A stretch of DNA of 50,556 nt from Candidatus Micrarchaeota archaeon (GCA_043806415.1 JAZDHB010000058.1:1-50556); one strand, 5' to 3'; positions 32,268 through 42,225 are shown, numbered from the stretch's first letter. A program made the numbers and translations. Notes: a model not told the origin generated them from the letters alone.

Positions 32268-34820
32268 GTGGTATTGATGATCCAACTTACCGACCGCCTC
32301 GACTTTACGAACGAGCAGAAATGGCAGGCTATCTGGGAAGCGGCACGCATCAACGACTTCGACGAGGCCGACGCCGACAAGCCGGTCTATTCCATCGACA
32401 CGCCCCCGCCCTTCACCTCCGGCGATTTGCACATGGGGCACGTGCTCTCCTACTCCTATTTCGATTTCGTGGCGCGCTACAAGCGCATGAAAGGCTTCAA
32501 CGTCTATTATCCGCAAGGCTGGGACTGCCAGGGGTTTCCCACCGAGATGCGGGTGGAGCAGAAATACGGGCGCAAGCCCCCGGAGGAATTCCGGAAGTTG
32601 TGCGTGGAATGGACGCATGCGTGCATCGTGCGCATGCGCGCTCAGATGAAGTCGCTGGGCTTCTCCGCGGACTGGCGCTACGAGTACCGGACCATGGACC
32701 CCGCGTACCACAAGCTGGTGCAGAAATCCATCCTCCTCATGTACGAATCCAAGCAGATCTACCGGGGCGAGCACCCGGTGTTCTGGTGCCCCCACTGCCA
32801 GTCCGCCCTGGCCAAGACCGACACCGAGGACGTCGAGCGCCAGACGCAGCTTCATGACATCCGGTTCCAGCTCGAGCTCGATGGCCGCAAGGAAGCCGGG
32901 AAGTCCGGGGGCCGTCCAGATGCCGGGCCTCTTATGGACATCGTCGTCGCCACCACCCGCCCCGAGCTGATGCACGCCTGCGTGGCCGTGCTATTCCATC
33001 CGGAGGACGAGCGCTACAAAGGCCTGGCCGTCCAGTCCGCCATCACCGCCCTGGGCGCGAAGGTGCCCTTCAAGGCCGACCCCGACGTCGACCCCGCGTT
33101 CGGCTCCGGCGTGGTCATGGTGTGCACCTTCGGCGACAAGCAGGACGTCGTGTGGATGTACCGGCACAAGCTTCCCATCATCCGCGCCCTGGACGAAAGA
33201 GGGAAACTCATCAACGCCCCGCCCTCGCTCACCGCCCTGCCATCGGGTGGAACAACCCCGCCTCCGGGCGCCGGAACGGATGGCGCCTCCGAAGCCGTTT
33301 CTTCATGGCCTTCCGGCCTCTCGCTCAACGGCTTGTCCATTTCCGACGCGCGCGCCAAGCTTTTGGACAAATTCAAATCCGAAGGCAAGCTTCTCTCCTC
33401 CAAGCCCCTCGCCCAGGTGGTCAAGGTGCACGACCGCTGCAAGAAGCCGGTCGAGCTCTCCCTCTCCTGGCAGTGGTTCGCCAAGATCACCGAGTCACGG
33501 GAGAAGATCATCCAGGCCGCCTCCCAGATGCGCTGGGTTCCCGAGTTCGCCATCTCCTACCTCGAGGACTGGGCCCGGTTCGTGGAATGGGACTGGGTGA
33601 TCTCCCGCCAGCGCGTTTTCGGCACGCCCCTGCCGTTCTGGCATTGCGTAAAATGCGACAAGACCGTCCCGGCCGAGGAGCGCGAGCTTCCGGTCAATCC
33701 GCCGGCCATGGAGAAGAAATGCCCGGCCTGCCGCTCGCCGCTCGTCCCGGAAGCGTCCACCTGCGACTGCTGGATGGATTCGTCGGTTTCCCCGCTGGCC
33801 ATCTCCAAATGGGGCGAGGATTCCAAGTTCTTCAAGCGCACGTATCCGGCTTCCCTGCGCCCGCAAGGCGTGGAGATCGTGCGCACGTGGGCTTTCTACA
33901 CCATCTACCGCTGCCTCGAGCTCACCGGCAAGCCGCCGTTTGGCGAGCTGCTGCTCAACGGCAACGTGCTCGCGCCGGACGGCAAGAAGATGTCCAAATC
34001 CCTGGGCAACATCATCGCGCCCGACAAGCTGCTCACCGACTACGGGGCCGACTGCATCCGCATCTGGGCCGCCCTCTCCGGCGCCATGGCGCGCGATCGG
34101 CCGTTCTCCTACCAGGACGTGCAGTATGCCAAGAGCTTCCTGAACAAGCTGCTCAACGCCGGAAAGCTGGTGCAAAAAAGCGTGGAGGGCTACGCGCCGG
34201 ACGAGGGCGACGAGAAGCATCTGCGCCCCATCGACCGCTATTTCCTTCATCGCCTCAACGAGGTCACCAACGAATGCGACCTGGCTTGGGAGGATTTCGA
34301 ATTCCACCGCATCATAAAAACCGTGCAGGAATTCTTCTGGCACGAATTCTGCGACTATTACCTGGAGTACGTGAAATACCGGATTTATGCCGAAGGCAAG
34401 GACAAGGAAACACTGCAGTCCAAGCGCGCCGCGCAATACACACTCTCGCGCGTCTACCGCACCACGCTTCTGCTTCTCGCGCCCATCGCGCCCCACTCCT
34501 CGGAGGAGCTATGGCAGATGTTCCGCGCCGGCGAAACCGATCTCGTGTCCAAGCACGCCTACCCCGCGCCCGACCAGAAGATGGCGCACGAGAAATCCGT
34601 GCCCGCCGGCCAGCTGCTCGCGCAAATCATCTCGGCCATCCGGCAGGAAAAGGCGGCTCGCAAGCTCTCGCTCAACGCGCCGATTCCCCAGCTCGATCTG
34701 GTGCTGACCAAGGAGCAGCATCCGCACCTCAAATCCATCGAGGAGGAGATAAAATTCGCCGGCCGGGCGGAGAAAATCGAAGTCAAGGAAGGCGACGCGC
34801 TGAAAGTGTCCTTTGCCTGA
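32268..34820 (+). CDS. valS: Valine--tRNA ligase (class Ia, archaeal type)
   Basis: 850 aa. KPVYSIDTPPPFTSGDLHMGHVLSYSYFDFVARYKRMKGFNVYYPQGWDCQGFPTE carries a HIGH-type motif. KMSKSLGNII is present, and length and the N-terminal pattern fit archaeal ValRS. A low-complexity insert lies at about 33215-33340. An alternative ATG lies at 32277. Confidence 0.8.
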   Translation: MVLMIQLTDRLDFTNEQKWQAIWEAARINDFDEADADKPVYSIDTPPPFTSGDLHMGHVLSYSYFDFVARYKRMKGFNVYYPQGWDCQGFPTEMRVEQKYGRKPPEEFRKLCVEWTHACIVRMRAQMKSLGFSADWRYEYRTMDPAYHKLVQKSILLMYESKQIYRGEHPVFWCPHCQSALAKTDTEDVERQTQLHDIRFQLELDGRKEAGKSGGRPDAGPLMDIVVATTRPELMHACVAVLFHPEDERYKGLAVQSAITALGAKVPFKADPDVDPAFGSGVVMVCTFGDKQDVVWMYRHKLPIIRALDERGKLINAPPSLTALPSGGTTPPPGAGTDGASEAVSSWPSGLSLNGLSISDARAKLLDKFKSEGKLLSSKPLAQVVKVHDRCKKPVELSLSWQWFAKITESREKIIQAASQMRWVPEFAISYLEDWARFVEWDWVISRQRVFGTPLPFWHCVKCDKTVPAEERELPVNPPAMEKKCPACRSPLVPEASTCDCWMDSSVSPLAISKWGEDSKFFKRTYPASLRPQGVEIVRTWAFYTIYRCLELTGKPPFGELLLNGNVLAPDGKKMSKSLGNIIAPDKLLTDYGADCIRIWAALSGAMARDRPFSYQDVQYAKSFLNKLLNAGKLVQKSVEGYAPDEGDEKHLRPIDRYFLHRLNEVTNECDLAWEDFEFHRIIKTVQEFFWHEFCDYYLEYVKYRIYAEGKDKETLQSKRAAQYTLSRVYRTTLLLLAPIAPHSSEELWQMFRAGETDLVSKHAYPAPDQKMAHEKSVPAGQLLAQIISAIRQEKAARKLSLNAPIPQLDLVLTKEQHPHLKSIEEEIKFAGRAEKIEVKEGDALKVSFA

Positions 34821-34829
34821 AAAGATGGT

Positions 34830-35096
34830 TTACGGAAGCGAATACCATCTCTCGTATTCTTTGTGCATCCCGATGAAAACCACGCGCCGTTCCATATTTT
34901 TGTCGTCCTGAAGATATGCAATCCGATAGCCACCCACTTCCGCAACATAGTGCGGCTTCCCGTGCCTGAGGTGACGGGAAACGAATTCGGGACGCTCGAG
35001 CTGGGCAAGTTTCTTCGCTATCCGGGTCTGCACTCCCCTATCAAGGCGAAAGAAAGAATCTTTCGCCCCATCCTCCGCCACCACCTGATAGTTCAC
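34830..35096 (-). CDS. RelE/ParE-superfamily toxin
   Basis: 88 aa. The KDSFFRLDRGVQTRIAKKLAQL...VAEVGGYRIAYLQDD...VVFIGMHKEYERWY pattern fits the family. The start overlaps the upstream small ORF by 4 nt. Confidence 0.65.
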   Translation of the reverse strand: MNYQVVAEDGAKDSFFRLDRGVQTRIAKKLAQLERPEFVSRHLRHGKPHYVAEVGGYRIAYLQDDKNMERRVVFIGMHKEYERWYSLP

Positions 35097-35365
35097 AATT
35101 CATCTCGTGATATGCCCGCTTTTTTGAGCATCTCGTCCAGCGGCACGAGTTTGCGTTTTCCGGCCCTGATTTGCGCATCTATCCTGTCCATCTTGGCCGA
35201 AACCATCGCATCAACCTGTTTTTGGTTGGGTAACATTCCGTAACGATCCGCAAGCTCCAGTATGCCCGCACGCAAGGCTTCCGCCTTGGTCTTATAATAC
35301 CCCTCTTTTATCATTCGGTTGAGCGCCTGCTCGACCACGCCATTGAATCGGACAACGGATTGCAT
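35093..35365 (-). CDS. Putative antitoxin partner of the 34830..35096 toxin
   Basis: 90 aa small helical protein translationally coupled to the toxin. TGGTA half-sites lie between its TATA box and its ATG. Confidence 0.55.
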   Translation of the reverse strand: MQSVVRFNGVVEQALNRMIKEGYYKTKAEALRAGILELADRYGMLPNQKQVDAMVSAKMDRIDAQIRAGKRKLVPLDEMLKKAGISRDEL

Positions 35366-35410
35366 AATACCACCCTTATGGTACTATTTTGGTATCAAAA
35401 ATATATAAAA

Positions 35411-36007
35411 CTATCCGTTTCGCACGAAATAAATCGTCCGCTCGCAGAATGTCCCGACCGAGAGGAGCGTGGCGAACACCAGCGTCCCCACCGCCCAGAT
35501 CGCCATCCCGTAGACCAGGAACGTCAATATGGCCAGGTACATGAGCATCCGCTCGGGCCTTGAGAGGATGCCGGCCGGCGCCTTGGAAATATCCAGTTTG
35601 CGGTGGTCAGCATAGGCCGTCACGAACGAGGTCATGCAGGTTCCGAAGAAGAGGAGCGCCACCAGCCACATCCAGCCGGGCAGGACGAAGTCCGGCCAGG
35701 GAAGGGGCATGAGGCCGAAGAGAAGAAGGAATTCGACGAGCCGGTCCGTGATGCCGTCGATGAACGCGCCTTTCGCGCTCACCTGGTTTCTCGCACGGGC
35801 CAGCACGCCGTCCGCCAGGTCGCAGAAGCCGGACAAGGCGAAGAGGACGAGCGCGAGGGCGAACTGCTGGGTGAGCAGGGAAGCGAATCCGGCGAACGCC
35901 AGCAGGAGCGCCAGCAGCGTGACCTGGTTGGGCGAGAGCGGGAAGTTCTTGAGCAATTTGCCTGAAAACTCCTGCACCGTTTTCCCGATCGACGAATCCT
36001 TGAGCAT
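35411..36007 (-). CDS. CDP-alcohol phosphatidyltransferase, probably an archaetidylinositol-phosphate synthase type
   Basis: 198 aa. DLADGVLARARNQVSAKGAFIDGITDRLVE matches D-G-x2-A-R-x8-G-x3-D-x3-D. It lies adjacent to the inositol-1-phosphate synthase gene. Confidence 0.8.
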   Translation of the reverse strand: MLKDSSIGKTVQEFSGKLLKNFPLSPNQVTLLALLLAFAGFASLLTQQFALALVLFALSGFCDLADGVLARARNQVSAKGAFIDGITDRLVEFLLLFGLMPLPWPDFVLPGWMWLVALLFFGTCMTSFVTAYADHRKLDISKAPAGILSRPERMLMYLAILTFLVYGMAIWAVGTLVFATLLSVGTFCERTIYFVRNG

Positions 36008-36086
36008 AACCGAACCCCTGATTCGGGAGGGCCCGAGCCCTCCCGTTCTTATTATTTTTAATTTATTTTCCCTTTTTCTATCTTTC

Positions 36087-37184
36087 TTATGCTTTCCCGT
36101 TGATGAAATCCTCGGTCATCTGCCTGGCGACCGGATCCGAATATTGTTTGGGCGGGTGCTTCATGAAGTAGGCCGACGGCCCCTCGATGTAGCCTTTGAG
36201 CCCCCGGTCCAGCGCGATCCGGGCGCAGCGGATGGCATCGACCGATATCCCGCCCGAGTTGGCCTTGTCGTCCACCTCGAGCCTCACTTCCATGTTGAAC
36301 GGCACGTCCGCCCACATGCGCCCCTCGATTCTCATGAACCCCAATTTGGTATTCGACAAGAACGGGATGAAGTCCGAGGGTCCGACGTAAATCTTGTCGT
36401 CGGCAAGCCTTTTCTTGAGCTGGCTCTGCACGGATTCGGTCTTGGAGATCCGTTTGCTCACCAGCCGCCCCTGCTCCTTCATGTTCAGGAAGTCGGTGTT
36501 CCCGCCGACGTTGATCTGGTAGGTCTTCTCGATGATCGCCCCGCGCTCGTCGCAGAGGCGCGCCAGTGTGCGGTGCACGATGGTCGAGCCCACCTGCGCC
36601 TTGATGTCGTCGCCCAATATTGGCAGGCCGGCCTGCTCGAACCTTTTTGCCCACGCCTCGTCGGAGGCGATGAATTCGGGCATGCAGTTGACGAAGGCGC
36701 AATGGGTGTCCAGCGCCATCTGGGCCCAGTAGCGGGCCGCCTTCTGGCTGCCGACCGGCAGGTAAGAGAGCAGCACGCGCGTGTCGGTCTCCTCGATGTG
36801 CTTCTTGATGTCGGCGTTGAGCTGTTCGAGCGGCTTGTTCTGGATCGGCTTCACCCGCTCCTGGATGTAGATGCCCAGCCCGTCGAGCACCGGCGCCTCC
36901 TGCACCTTCACTGCGCTCTTGGGCATCTTTTCCTTTTCCACCCATTTCACTTCGTTGGGCCAGGTATACGCGGCCTCGTTGAGGTTCTTCCCCACCTTCT
37001 TCTCGTCCACGTCGAAGGCGGAGACGAAGTTGATGTCGTCGAGCGTGTAGCCGCCCAAGACGGGGTGCATCAGGCCGGCCGCGTCATCCAATGTGTGCGT
37101 GCGGTAGTATTGCAGTCCCTGGTAGAGGCCCGAAAAGCAGTTCCCGACCCCGATGACGCCGACGTTGATCTTGCCTTTGCCCAT
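36087..37184 (-). CDS. ino1: Myo-inositol-1-phosphate synthase
   Basis: INVGVIGVGNCFSGLYQGLQYY, and a length of about 365 aa typical of archaeal MIPS. The ATG at 37184 has GAAGGTG upstream; the track start at 37193 is GTG. Confidence 0.85.
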   Translation of the reverse strand: MGKGKINVGVIGVGNCFSGLYQGLQYYRTHTLDDAAGLMHPVLGGYTLDDINFVSAFDVDEKKVGKNLNEAAYTWPNEVKWVEKEKMPKSAVKVQEAPVLDGLGIYIQERVKPIQNKPLEQLNADIKKHIEETDTRVLLSYLPVGSQKAARYWAQMALDTHCAFVNCMPEFIASDEAWAKRFEQAGLPILGDDIKAQVGSTIVHRTLARLCDERGAIIEKTYQINVGGNTDFLNMKEQGRLVSKRISKTESVQSQLKKRLADDKIYVGPSDFIPFLSNTKLGFMRIEGRMWADVPFNMEVRLEVDDKANSGGISVDAIRCARIALDRGLKGYIEGPSAYFMKHPPKQYSDPVARQMTEDFINGKA

Positions 37185-37295
37185 GAAAAACACCTTCTCG
37201 CGCGAAGTTAAGCGGTACTATTTATGAATTATTATAATAGTAGAAAATATAAATATAAGCGCTCGAGGGCGAACCCGGGGTCCCGCACCCCCTTC

Positions 37296-39044
37296 CTATA
37301 GTTTTTTCGTCATGTATGGCCCTTCGAGCCGGTAAGCGAACTTTCGGTAATACTCCCGCGCGCCCACGCCGGAGATGATGACCATCTTCTCCCGGCCCGC
37401 CTCGCGGGCGATCTGCTCGGCGCGCGCGAGCAATTGCCGGCCCAGGCCGGTGTGCTGCACCTTGTTTTTTTTCGCGTCCGGCCCGTCTCCGATCTCCACT
37501 TCCTGCCCATAGACGTGAAGCTCCCTCACGAGTGCGGTTGTATTGTCTATCTCGGGCCGATGGCTCTTTGGCGGGAGCCTGAGCCTCACGAATCCCGCCA
37601 GCCGGTCCTGCTCCGCATCCTCGAACGATATGAAATGCTCCCGCCCGCCCGACGCCGCGTACGCGCGTTCGACTAATCCGAGATCAAGGGCTTTCTGTCC
37701 TGTTTTTTTCCGCCCACCCAGTCGGACCTCGTTCTTTGCGTCCCGTCCGCTCTCCTGCGATTGCTTCCGGTCCAGCGAGAAAATTTCCCGGCAGCGGATG
37801 CAGCGGCATCTCTTCTCCCGCTCCTCCAGCGCCCTTGTCACCATCTGGTGAAGATTCCCTGCTTTCACCCCGGCCGCGATCTTGCCGGCCGGTATGTCCC
37901 GCTGCATCCTCATCACGCGCACCCACGGCGGGAAGAAAGCGGTCGCTTCGACGATGCGCTCGACCGCTTCCTGGGCGTCGATGGGCGTAAAACGGCCCTT
38001 TTCCCATTCGTCGTGCAAGCCGGTGCCCGGAATCACCAAGCACGGGTAGAGTTTGAGCATGTCCGGGCAGTAAGCCGGGTTCTCGAAAAGCTCGCGGAGC
38101 ATGGCCACGTCCTGCCCGCGCGTCGAGTAGAGCCCGGGCATGAAATGGTAGCCGACTTTAAAGGCGGCATTCTTCAGGTTGGCGGTGGTGGCCGCCGTGC
38201 ATTTCGTGTCATGGCCGCGCTTCACCCGCCGCAGCACCTCCTCATCGAGGCTCTGCACGCCCAGTTCCACCCGCGTGGCGCCCCATCCGAGCATCTCGTC
38301 GATGTGCCCGAGGTTGCACCAGTCCGGCCGCGTCTCCACCGTCAGCCCGATCACGCGGTGCTCGGTCGTCTCGTTGGCTTTCTGGGCCCGTTCCAGCGTC
38401 GCGCTCGCCCGGCCGTTGAACGCCTCGTAGCATTCGTGCACGAAACGGTTGCGGTAATCCTTGGGGACCGAAAGGAACGTGCCGCCCATCAGGATCAGCT
38501 CGCATTTGTGCGTGGGCTGGCCCAGTGCCGCGTACTGGGAAAGGCGCGTGCCGATCTGCCGCTTCGCCTCGAAATTGTTCTGGATCGCCCGCATCGTGGC
38601 CGGCTCGAAACCGGTGTATGATTTGGGGGCAAAAAGCATTCCGTTTCCGGCAAAAGGCGTTCGGGTGGCATTGCGCGTGCCGTCGTCCGCCCCATCTTCT
38701 TTTTTCTTCATCGCATCGCTTGTCGCCGTCGGGCAATAGGTGCACTTGCCGGGGCAGGGATAGGGCGCCGGCATCACGGCCACCGGCGTCACGCCCGATC
38801 CGGTGCGCGTGAGGCGCGTGCTTAGGAGGGAAACCAGCTTCTCGGTGCGCTTGTTGGCCGGCAGGCCGGCGAGGATGGCCGCATTCTTGGGCACCCGGCC
38901 GACCCTCGTCTGGGTGGCGATCCGGTTCTTGAGCCTCTCGATGTCCGCTTTCGGGTTTTTGCGCAACTCTTCGAGAAGGCGGGTTGCAAACGCCTTCAGG
39001 CGTTCCTCTCGGTCCCGGTCTTCATCCATGTTCCAAATATGCAA
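37296..39044 (-). CDS. elp3: Elp3-family radical SAM plus GNAT tRNA-modification enzyme
   Basis: 582 aa. The radical-SAM cluster region CPGKCTYCP, the central Elp3 core (ILMGGTF..., ELGVQSLDEEVL), and a C-terminal GNAT domain (HTGLGRQLLARAEQIAREAG). Confidence 0.85.
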   Translation of the reverse strand: MHIWNMDEDRDREERLKAFATRLLEELRKNPKADIERLKNRIATQTRVGRVPKNAAILAGLPANKRTEKLVSLLSTRLTRTGSGVTPVAVMPAPYPCPGKCTYCPTATSDAMKKKEDGADDGTRNATRTPFAGNGMLFAPKSYTGFEPATMRAIQNNFEAKRQIGTRLSQYAALGQPTHKCELILMGGTFLSVPKDYRNRFVHECYEAFNGRASATLERAQKANETTEHRVIGLTVETRPDWCNLGHIDEMLGWGATRVELGVQSLDEEVLRRVKRGHDTKCTAATTANLKNAAFKVGYHFMPGLYSTRGQDVAMLRELFENPAYCPDMLKLYPCLVIPGTGLHDEWEKGRFTPIDAQEAVERIVEATAFFPPWVRVMRMQRDIPAGKIAAGVKAGNLHQMVTRALEEREKRCRCIRCREIFSLDRKQSQESGRDAKNEVRLGGRKKTGQKALDLGLVERAYAASGGREHFISFEDAEQDRLAGFVRLRLPPKSHRPEIDNTTALVRELHVYGQEVEIGDGPDAKKNKVQHTGLGRQLLARAEQIAREAGREKMVIISGVGAREYYRKFAYRLEGPYMTKKL

Positions 39045-39186
39045 AAAAGGGTAAATAAACGCATCCGATGTTCATTCGGCCGCGTTTCCCGGCACCTGGG
39101 CCCTACATCGTCCTGAAAATAAACGCATCCGATGATCCTTCGGCCGCCCCGCGTCCCGCCGAACGGCGCGCACGGGGGTTCTTCCC

Positions 39187-40005
39187 TCATCGGCCGAACG
39201 GCCAACCCAGCAGTCCGGCGAGCGAATACACCGGCATCTCGAGGCTGGGGAAAAGCAGCACGCCGTTCGAGGTGGCTTTCATATCCGAGATGAGGTCGCT
39301 GTGCACGTCCAGTTCCACGGGCTGGGTCTGTGAGATCAGGCTGGAGGAGGCCGAGCGCGCGTCGATGGACATCTTATAATTCGACTCGTCGTTTCCGACC
39401 ACCTCGTAGACGATTGTTTTGGAGGCCCCTCCGGCCAGATAGACGCTCTTTCGCAGCGCCCAGCTGGATATGTTCTCCGACGTGATCTCGAACCGGTCGC
39501 TGGCCGTGCCCTCGTTGGTGAGCGTCACCTCAAAGCGCGCCGGCTGGCCGGCACCTACTTGCAGCTTCTTGGGCTCCACGTCCATGAGAAGCAGGTCGCG
39601 CCGCACGTGCACGAGCAGGCTGAACGGGAAACTCCCGCCGATGTCCTCCCGGCCTCCGTCATCGTCGATACGCACCGGCAGGACATACTCCCCGTCCGGG
39701 GTGCCGGGGTCGGCGCTGACCTCTACGAGCATCATGTCTGGATATACCACGCCCGGCTTGGCGCTCCATCCTTGCGGCAGCTCCGTCACGGTGGCCTGGT
39801 CCCACTGCCCCACGAATTCCCCGTCTTTCTTGACCACGTAATCAATCCTGACCTGGAAAGTCTGGCCCGGCCCGACGGTGCCATAGTCCACCTGGCTGCC
39901 GGGCATCACGAGCGCGTTCGGCTGCAAAAGTTGCAGGGGCTCGATGGCCCAGATGCCGGCGCAGGCGAGCATCAGGAGGAGGGCGACGGGAACGATCGGT
40001 TTCAT
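39187..40005 (-). CDS. Hypothetical secreted protein
   Basis: This is the 3' part of track ORF 39187..40875. The ATG at 40005 gives MKPIVPVALLLMLACAGIWA (a signal peptide) followed by beta-rich sequence. The upstream part of the ORF is antisense to thpR and was rejected. Confidence 0.55.
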   Translation of the reverse strand: MKPIVPVALLLMLACAGIWAIEPLQLLQPNALVMPGSQVDYGTVGPGQTFQVRIDYVVKKDGEFVGQWDQATVTELPQGWSAKPGVVYPDMMLVEVSADPGTPDGEYVLPVRIDDDGGREDIGGSFPFSLLVHVRRDLLLMDVEPKKLQVGAGQPARFEVTLTNEGTASDRFEITSENISSWALRKSVYLAGGASKTIVYEVVGNDESNYKMSIDARSASSSLISQTQPVELDVHSDLISDMKATSNGVLLFPSLEMPVYSLAGLLGWPFGR

Positions 40006-40026
40006 GCCTTTACCCCTCGTCCAACC

Positions 40027-40038
40027 ATTATAAATATT
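40027..40038. promoter_or_regulatory. Near-palindromic TATA element shared by two divergent, apparently leaderless genes
   Basis: ATTATAAATATT is centred about 25 nt from the minus-strand ATG at 40005 and about 25 nt from the plus-strand ATG at 40057. Confidence 0.45.
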
Positions 40039-40047
40039 GCTCCGGCC

Positions 40048-40767
40048 ATGGAAGCCATGCGCCTCTTTGCGGCCCTCTTCCCGCCCGAAGAAATCGTCCA
40101 GGACCTGCTTTCCTTTCGCGAGAAGATGCTCTCGTCCTATTCCCCGCCTCCCATCCACGAGGAGAACCGCATCGGCCCGGACGGCTCCCTCCGCCGGCCG
40201 TCGAGCGCGTGGCGGTCCAGTCCGCGCCCGCAATTGCACATCACCCTCCAATTCATCGGCGATCTCATCACCGTGCATCAGGCCAGCCAGATAAAAGAAG
40301 CCTTGCGCGCGGCCGCCACCGGCGGGCAGGAAGAAAAAGAAGCATTGCAGCCCCCGGCCCCGCACGGGCAGAACGAAAACGAAGCCTCGCGGCCGTCCGA
40401 CTCCCCGCTTAACATCATCCGCCCGTTTTCCATCGAGTGCGTGGGCGTGGGCGCTTTCCCGTCTCCCTCGCGCGCCTCGGTCATCTGGGCCGGCGTGCGG
40501 GGCGAGGGGCTGGAGCGCCTCGCGGGCGCAATCGGGGCCTCTCTGGCGCCCATCGGGTTCCCGCCCGACCGCCCCTTCCATAGCCATATCACCCTCCTCC
40601 GAAGCAAATTCGCGCAGGACGCGCGAGCGCTCATCGCTCCGTTCGAGAATGCGCGCTGGAGCGCCCGTCCCTGGCGCGCCGATTCCTTTAGCCTCATGGA
40701 CAGCCGGGAGGTGCTCGGCGGGCATGAGCACGAGGAGCTGGCCCGATACCCCCTTAAGCAAGATTAA
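40048..40767 (+). CDS. thpR: RNA 2',3'-cyclic phosphodiesterase (2H family, ThpR/LigT) with low-complexity inserts
   Basis: Two HxTx motifs, HITLQF and HITLLR. MRLFAALFP is a typical N-terminus, so the ATG at 40057 may be the true start. It lies immediately upstream of cca. Confidence 0.75.
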   Translation: MEAMRLFAALFPPEEIVQDLLSFREKMLSSYSPPPIHEENRIGPDGSLRRPSSAWRSSPRPQLHITLQFIGDLITVHQASQIKEALRAAATGGQEEKEALQPPAPHGQNENEASRPSDSPLNIIRPFSIECVGVGAFPSPSRASVIWAGVRGEGLERLAGAIGASLAPIGFPPDRPFHSHITLLRSKFAQDARALIAPFENARWSARPWRADSFSLMDSREVLGGHEHEELARYPLKQD

Positions 40768-40791
40768 AAACCTCCCCTGCCTGCCTTTTGT

Positions 40792-42225
40792 ATGGCCTCT
40801 GCCAAATCCAGCGTCGAACGGCCGCGCTTTTTCCGGCCCGAGTCCGCTTCCCGCCCGGACCCCGTCCGAATGCATTCGCTTCTGGACGGCGTGCGCAGCC
40901 GCCTGCGCCCGGGCGCGGCCGAGATCCTTCTCCTGGAGCGCGTGCGCGATTCAGTTTTTGGGCGCCTGCATAAAGTCGTGCCCAAGTCAGTCGAGATCGG
41001 CCTGATGGGCTCGTCGGCGAAAGGCACCTCTCTCAAATCCAACCTCGAACTCGACATCTTCCTCATGGTGCCCACGAGCATGAGCCACCGCGAGATGGGC
41101 AAGAAAGCCGTCGCCTGGGCCCGGAAGGCGATGCGCGGCTGCAAAACCGAGCTGAGCTATGCCCAGCACCCCTACCTCAAGGCGTATGTGGACGGCGTGA
41201 AAATCGACATCGTGCCCTGCTACAAGATCGAGCGGGCGGAGGGCATGGGCAGCGCCACCGACCGCTCGCAGCTGCACGTCAAATGGGTGGGCGAGCGCAT
41301 CCGCCCCGCCCAGCAGGACGACGTGCGCCTGCTCAAGCAGTTCCTCAAATCCTTGGGGATCTACGGCGCGCAATCGCGCGTGGAGGGCTTTTCGGGCTAC
41401 CTGTGCGAACTGCTCATCCTGCATTACGGCTCGTTCGTGAAAACGCTCGAGGCGGCGGGCGAGTGGAAGCAGCCCGTCCTCGACCCGGCCGGCCATCACG
41501 CCGACCCGGCCGCGCTGCGGGCGAGATTCGCGGGCGCGGCCATGGTCCTCATTGACCCCGTGGACCCCGAGCGGAACGTGTCGGCCGTGGTCTCGCACAC
41601 CTCGTTCTCGCGCTTTATCCTCGCGGCCCGCGGTTTCCTCGCCAAGCCCGGCCTTTCGTATTTCTTCAAGGAGAAGGCCGTGCACGACGCCAAGAAGCTG
41701 CGCTCGCTCATCGCGCGCCGGCAGACGCACACGCTCGTCCTTTCCATGCCCTCGCCCGACGAGGTGGAAGACGTCCTCTGGCCCCAGCTGCGCAAAACCG
41801 CCCACGCCCTCATCTCCGTGCTCGAGCAGGCGCAGTTCCGCCTCCTGGGGCATTATTTCTGGGCCGATGAGACGGATTCCCTCATCCTCTTCGAACTGGT
41901 CGACCGCGAGCTTCCGGCCATCCTGCTCAAAAAGGGCCCGCAAGTCTGGCACGCCAAGGACGTCGAGGCGTTCATCCGCACGCACGAGAAAGCGGGCGCG
42001 CTCAATTTCCACCTCGAGCACGAGCGCATCGTGGCCGTCCGGATGCGCATGCATCGCACGCCAAAAGAGGCGCTGGAGGCGGCTCTCCGGGAGCCTGCTC
42101 GCTTGGGCATCCCCGTCCCGTTCGCGCGCGCGATGAAAAAGGCCAAGTGGGGGACGGCGCTCGATCTCCTCCAGAAAGCCAAATGGCGCGAGGTCGCGTC
42201 GGATTATTTCACAAGAAGATTATAG
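40792..42225 (+). CDS. cca: Archaeal class I CCA-adding tRNA nucleotidyltransferase
   Basis: GSSAKGTSLKSNLELDIFLMVP is the class I nucleotidyltransferase motif. Also YAQHPYLKAYVDGVKIDIVPCY, DRSQLHVKWV, and GFSGYLCELLILHYGSF. An alternative start at 40870 gives MHSLLDGV. Confidence 0.85.
   Translation: MASAKSSVERPRFFRPESASRPDPVRMHSLLDGVRSRLRPGAAEILLLERVRDSVFGRLHKVVPKSVEIGLMGSSAKGTSLKSNLELDIFLMVPTSMSHREMGKKAVAWARKAMRGCKTELSYAQHPYLKAYVDGVKIDIVPCYKIERAEGMGSATDRSQLHVKWVGERIRPAQQDDVRLLKQFLKSLGIYGAQSRVEGFSGYLCELLILHYGSFVKTLEAAGEWKQPVLDPAGHHADPAALRARFAGAAMVLIDPVDPERNVSAVVSHTSFSRFILAARGFLAKPGLSYFFKEKAVHDAKKLRSLIARRQTHTLVLSMPSPDEVEDVLWPQLRKTAHALISVLEQAQFRLLGHYFWADETDSLILFELVDRELPAILLKKGPQVWHAKDVEAFIRTHEKAGALNFHLEHERIVAVRMRMHRTPKEALEAALREPARLGIPVPFARAMKKAKWGTALDLLQKAKWREVASDYFTRRL

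Noticed and set aside
35634-37211. 525-aa plus-strand ORF
   Set aside because: It is antisense to the CDP-alcohol phosphatidyltransferase and inositol-1-phosphate synthase genes.
40006-40875. Upstream extension of minus ORF 39187..40875, and likewise 39559..40047 of plus ORF 39559..40767
   Set aside because: Each extension is antisense to the well-supported neighbour (thpR, and the secreted protein respectively). Internal ATGs with a signal peptide or the canonical MRLF start, together with a shared TATA box, explain the true starts.
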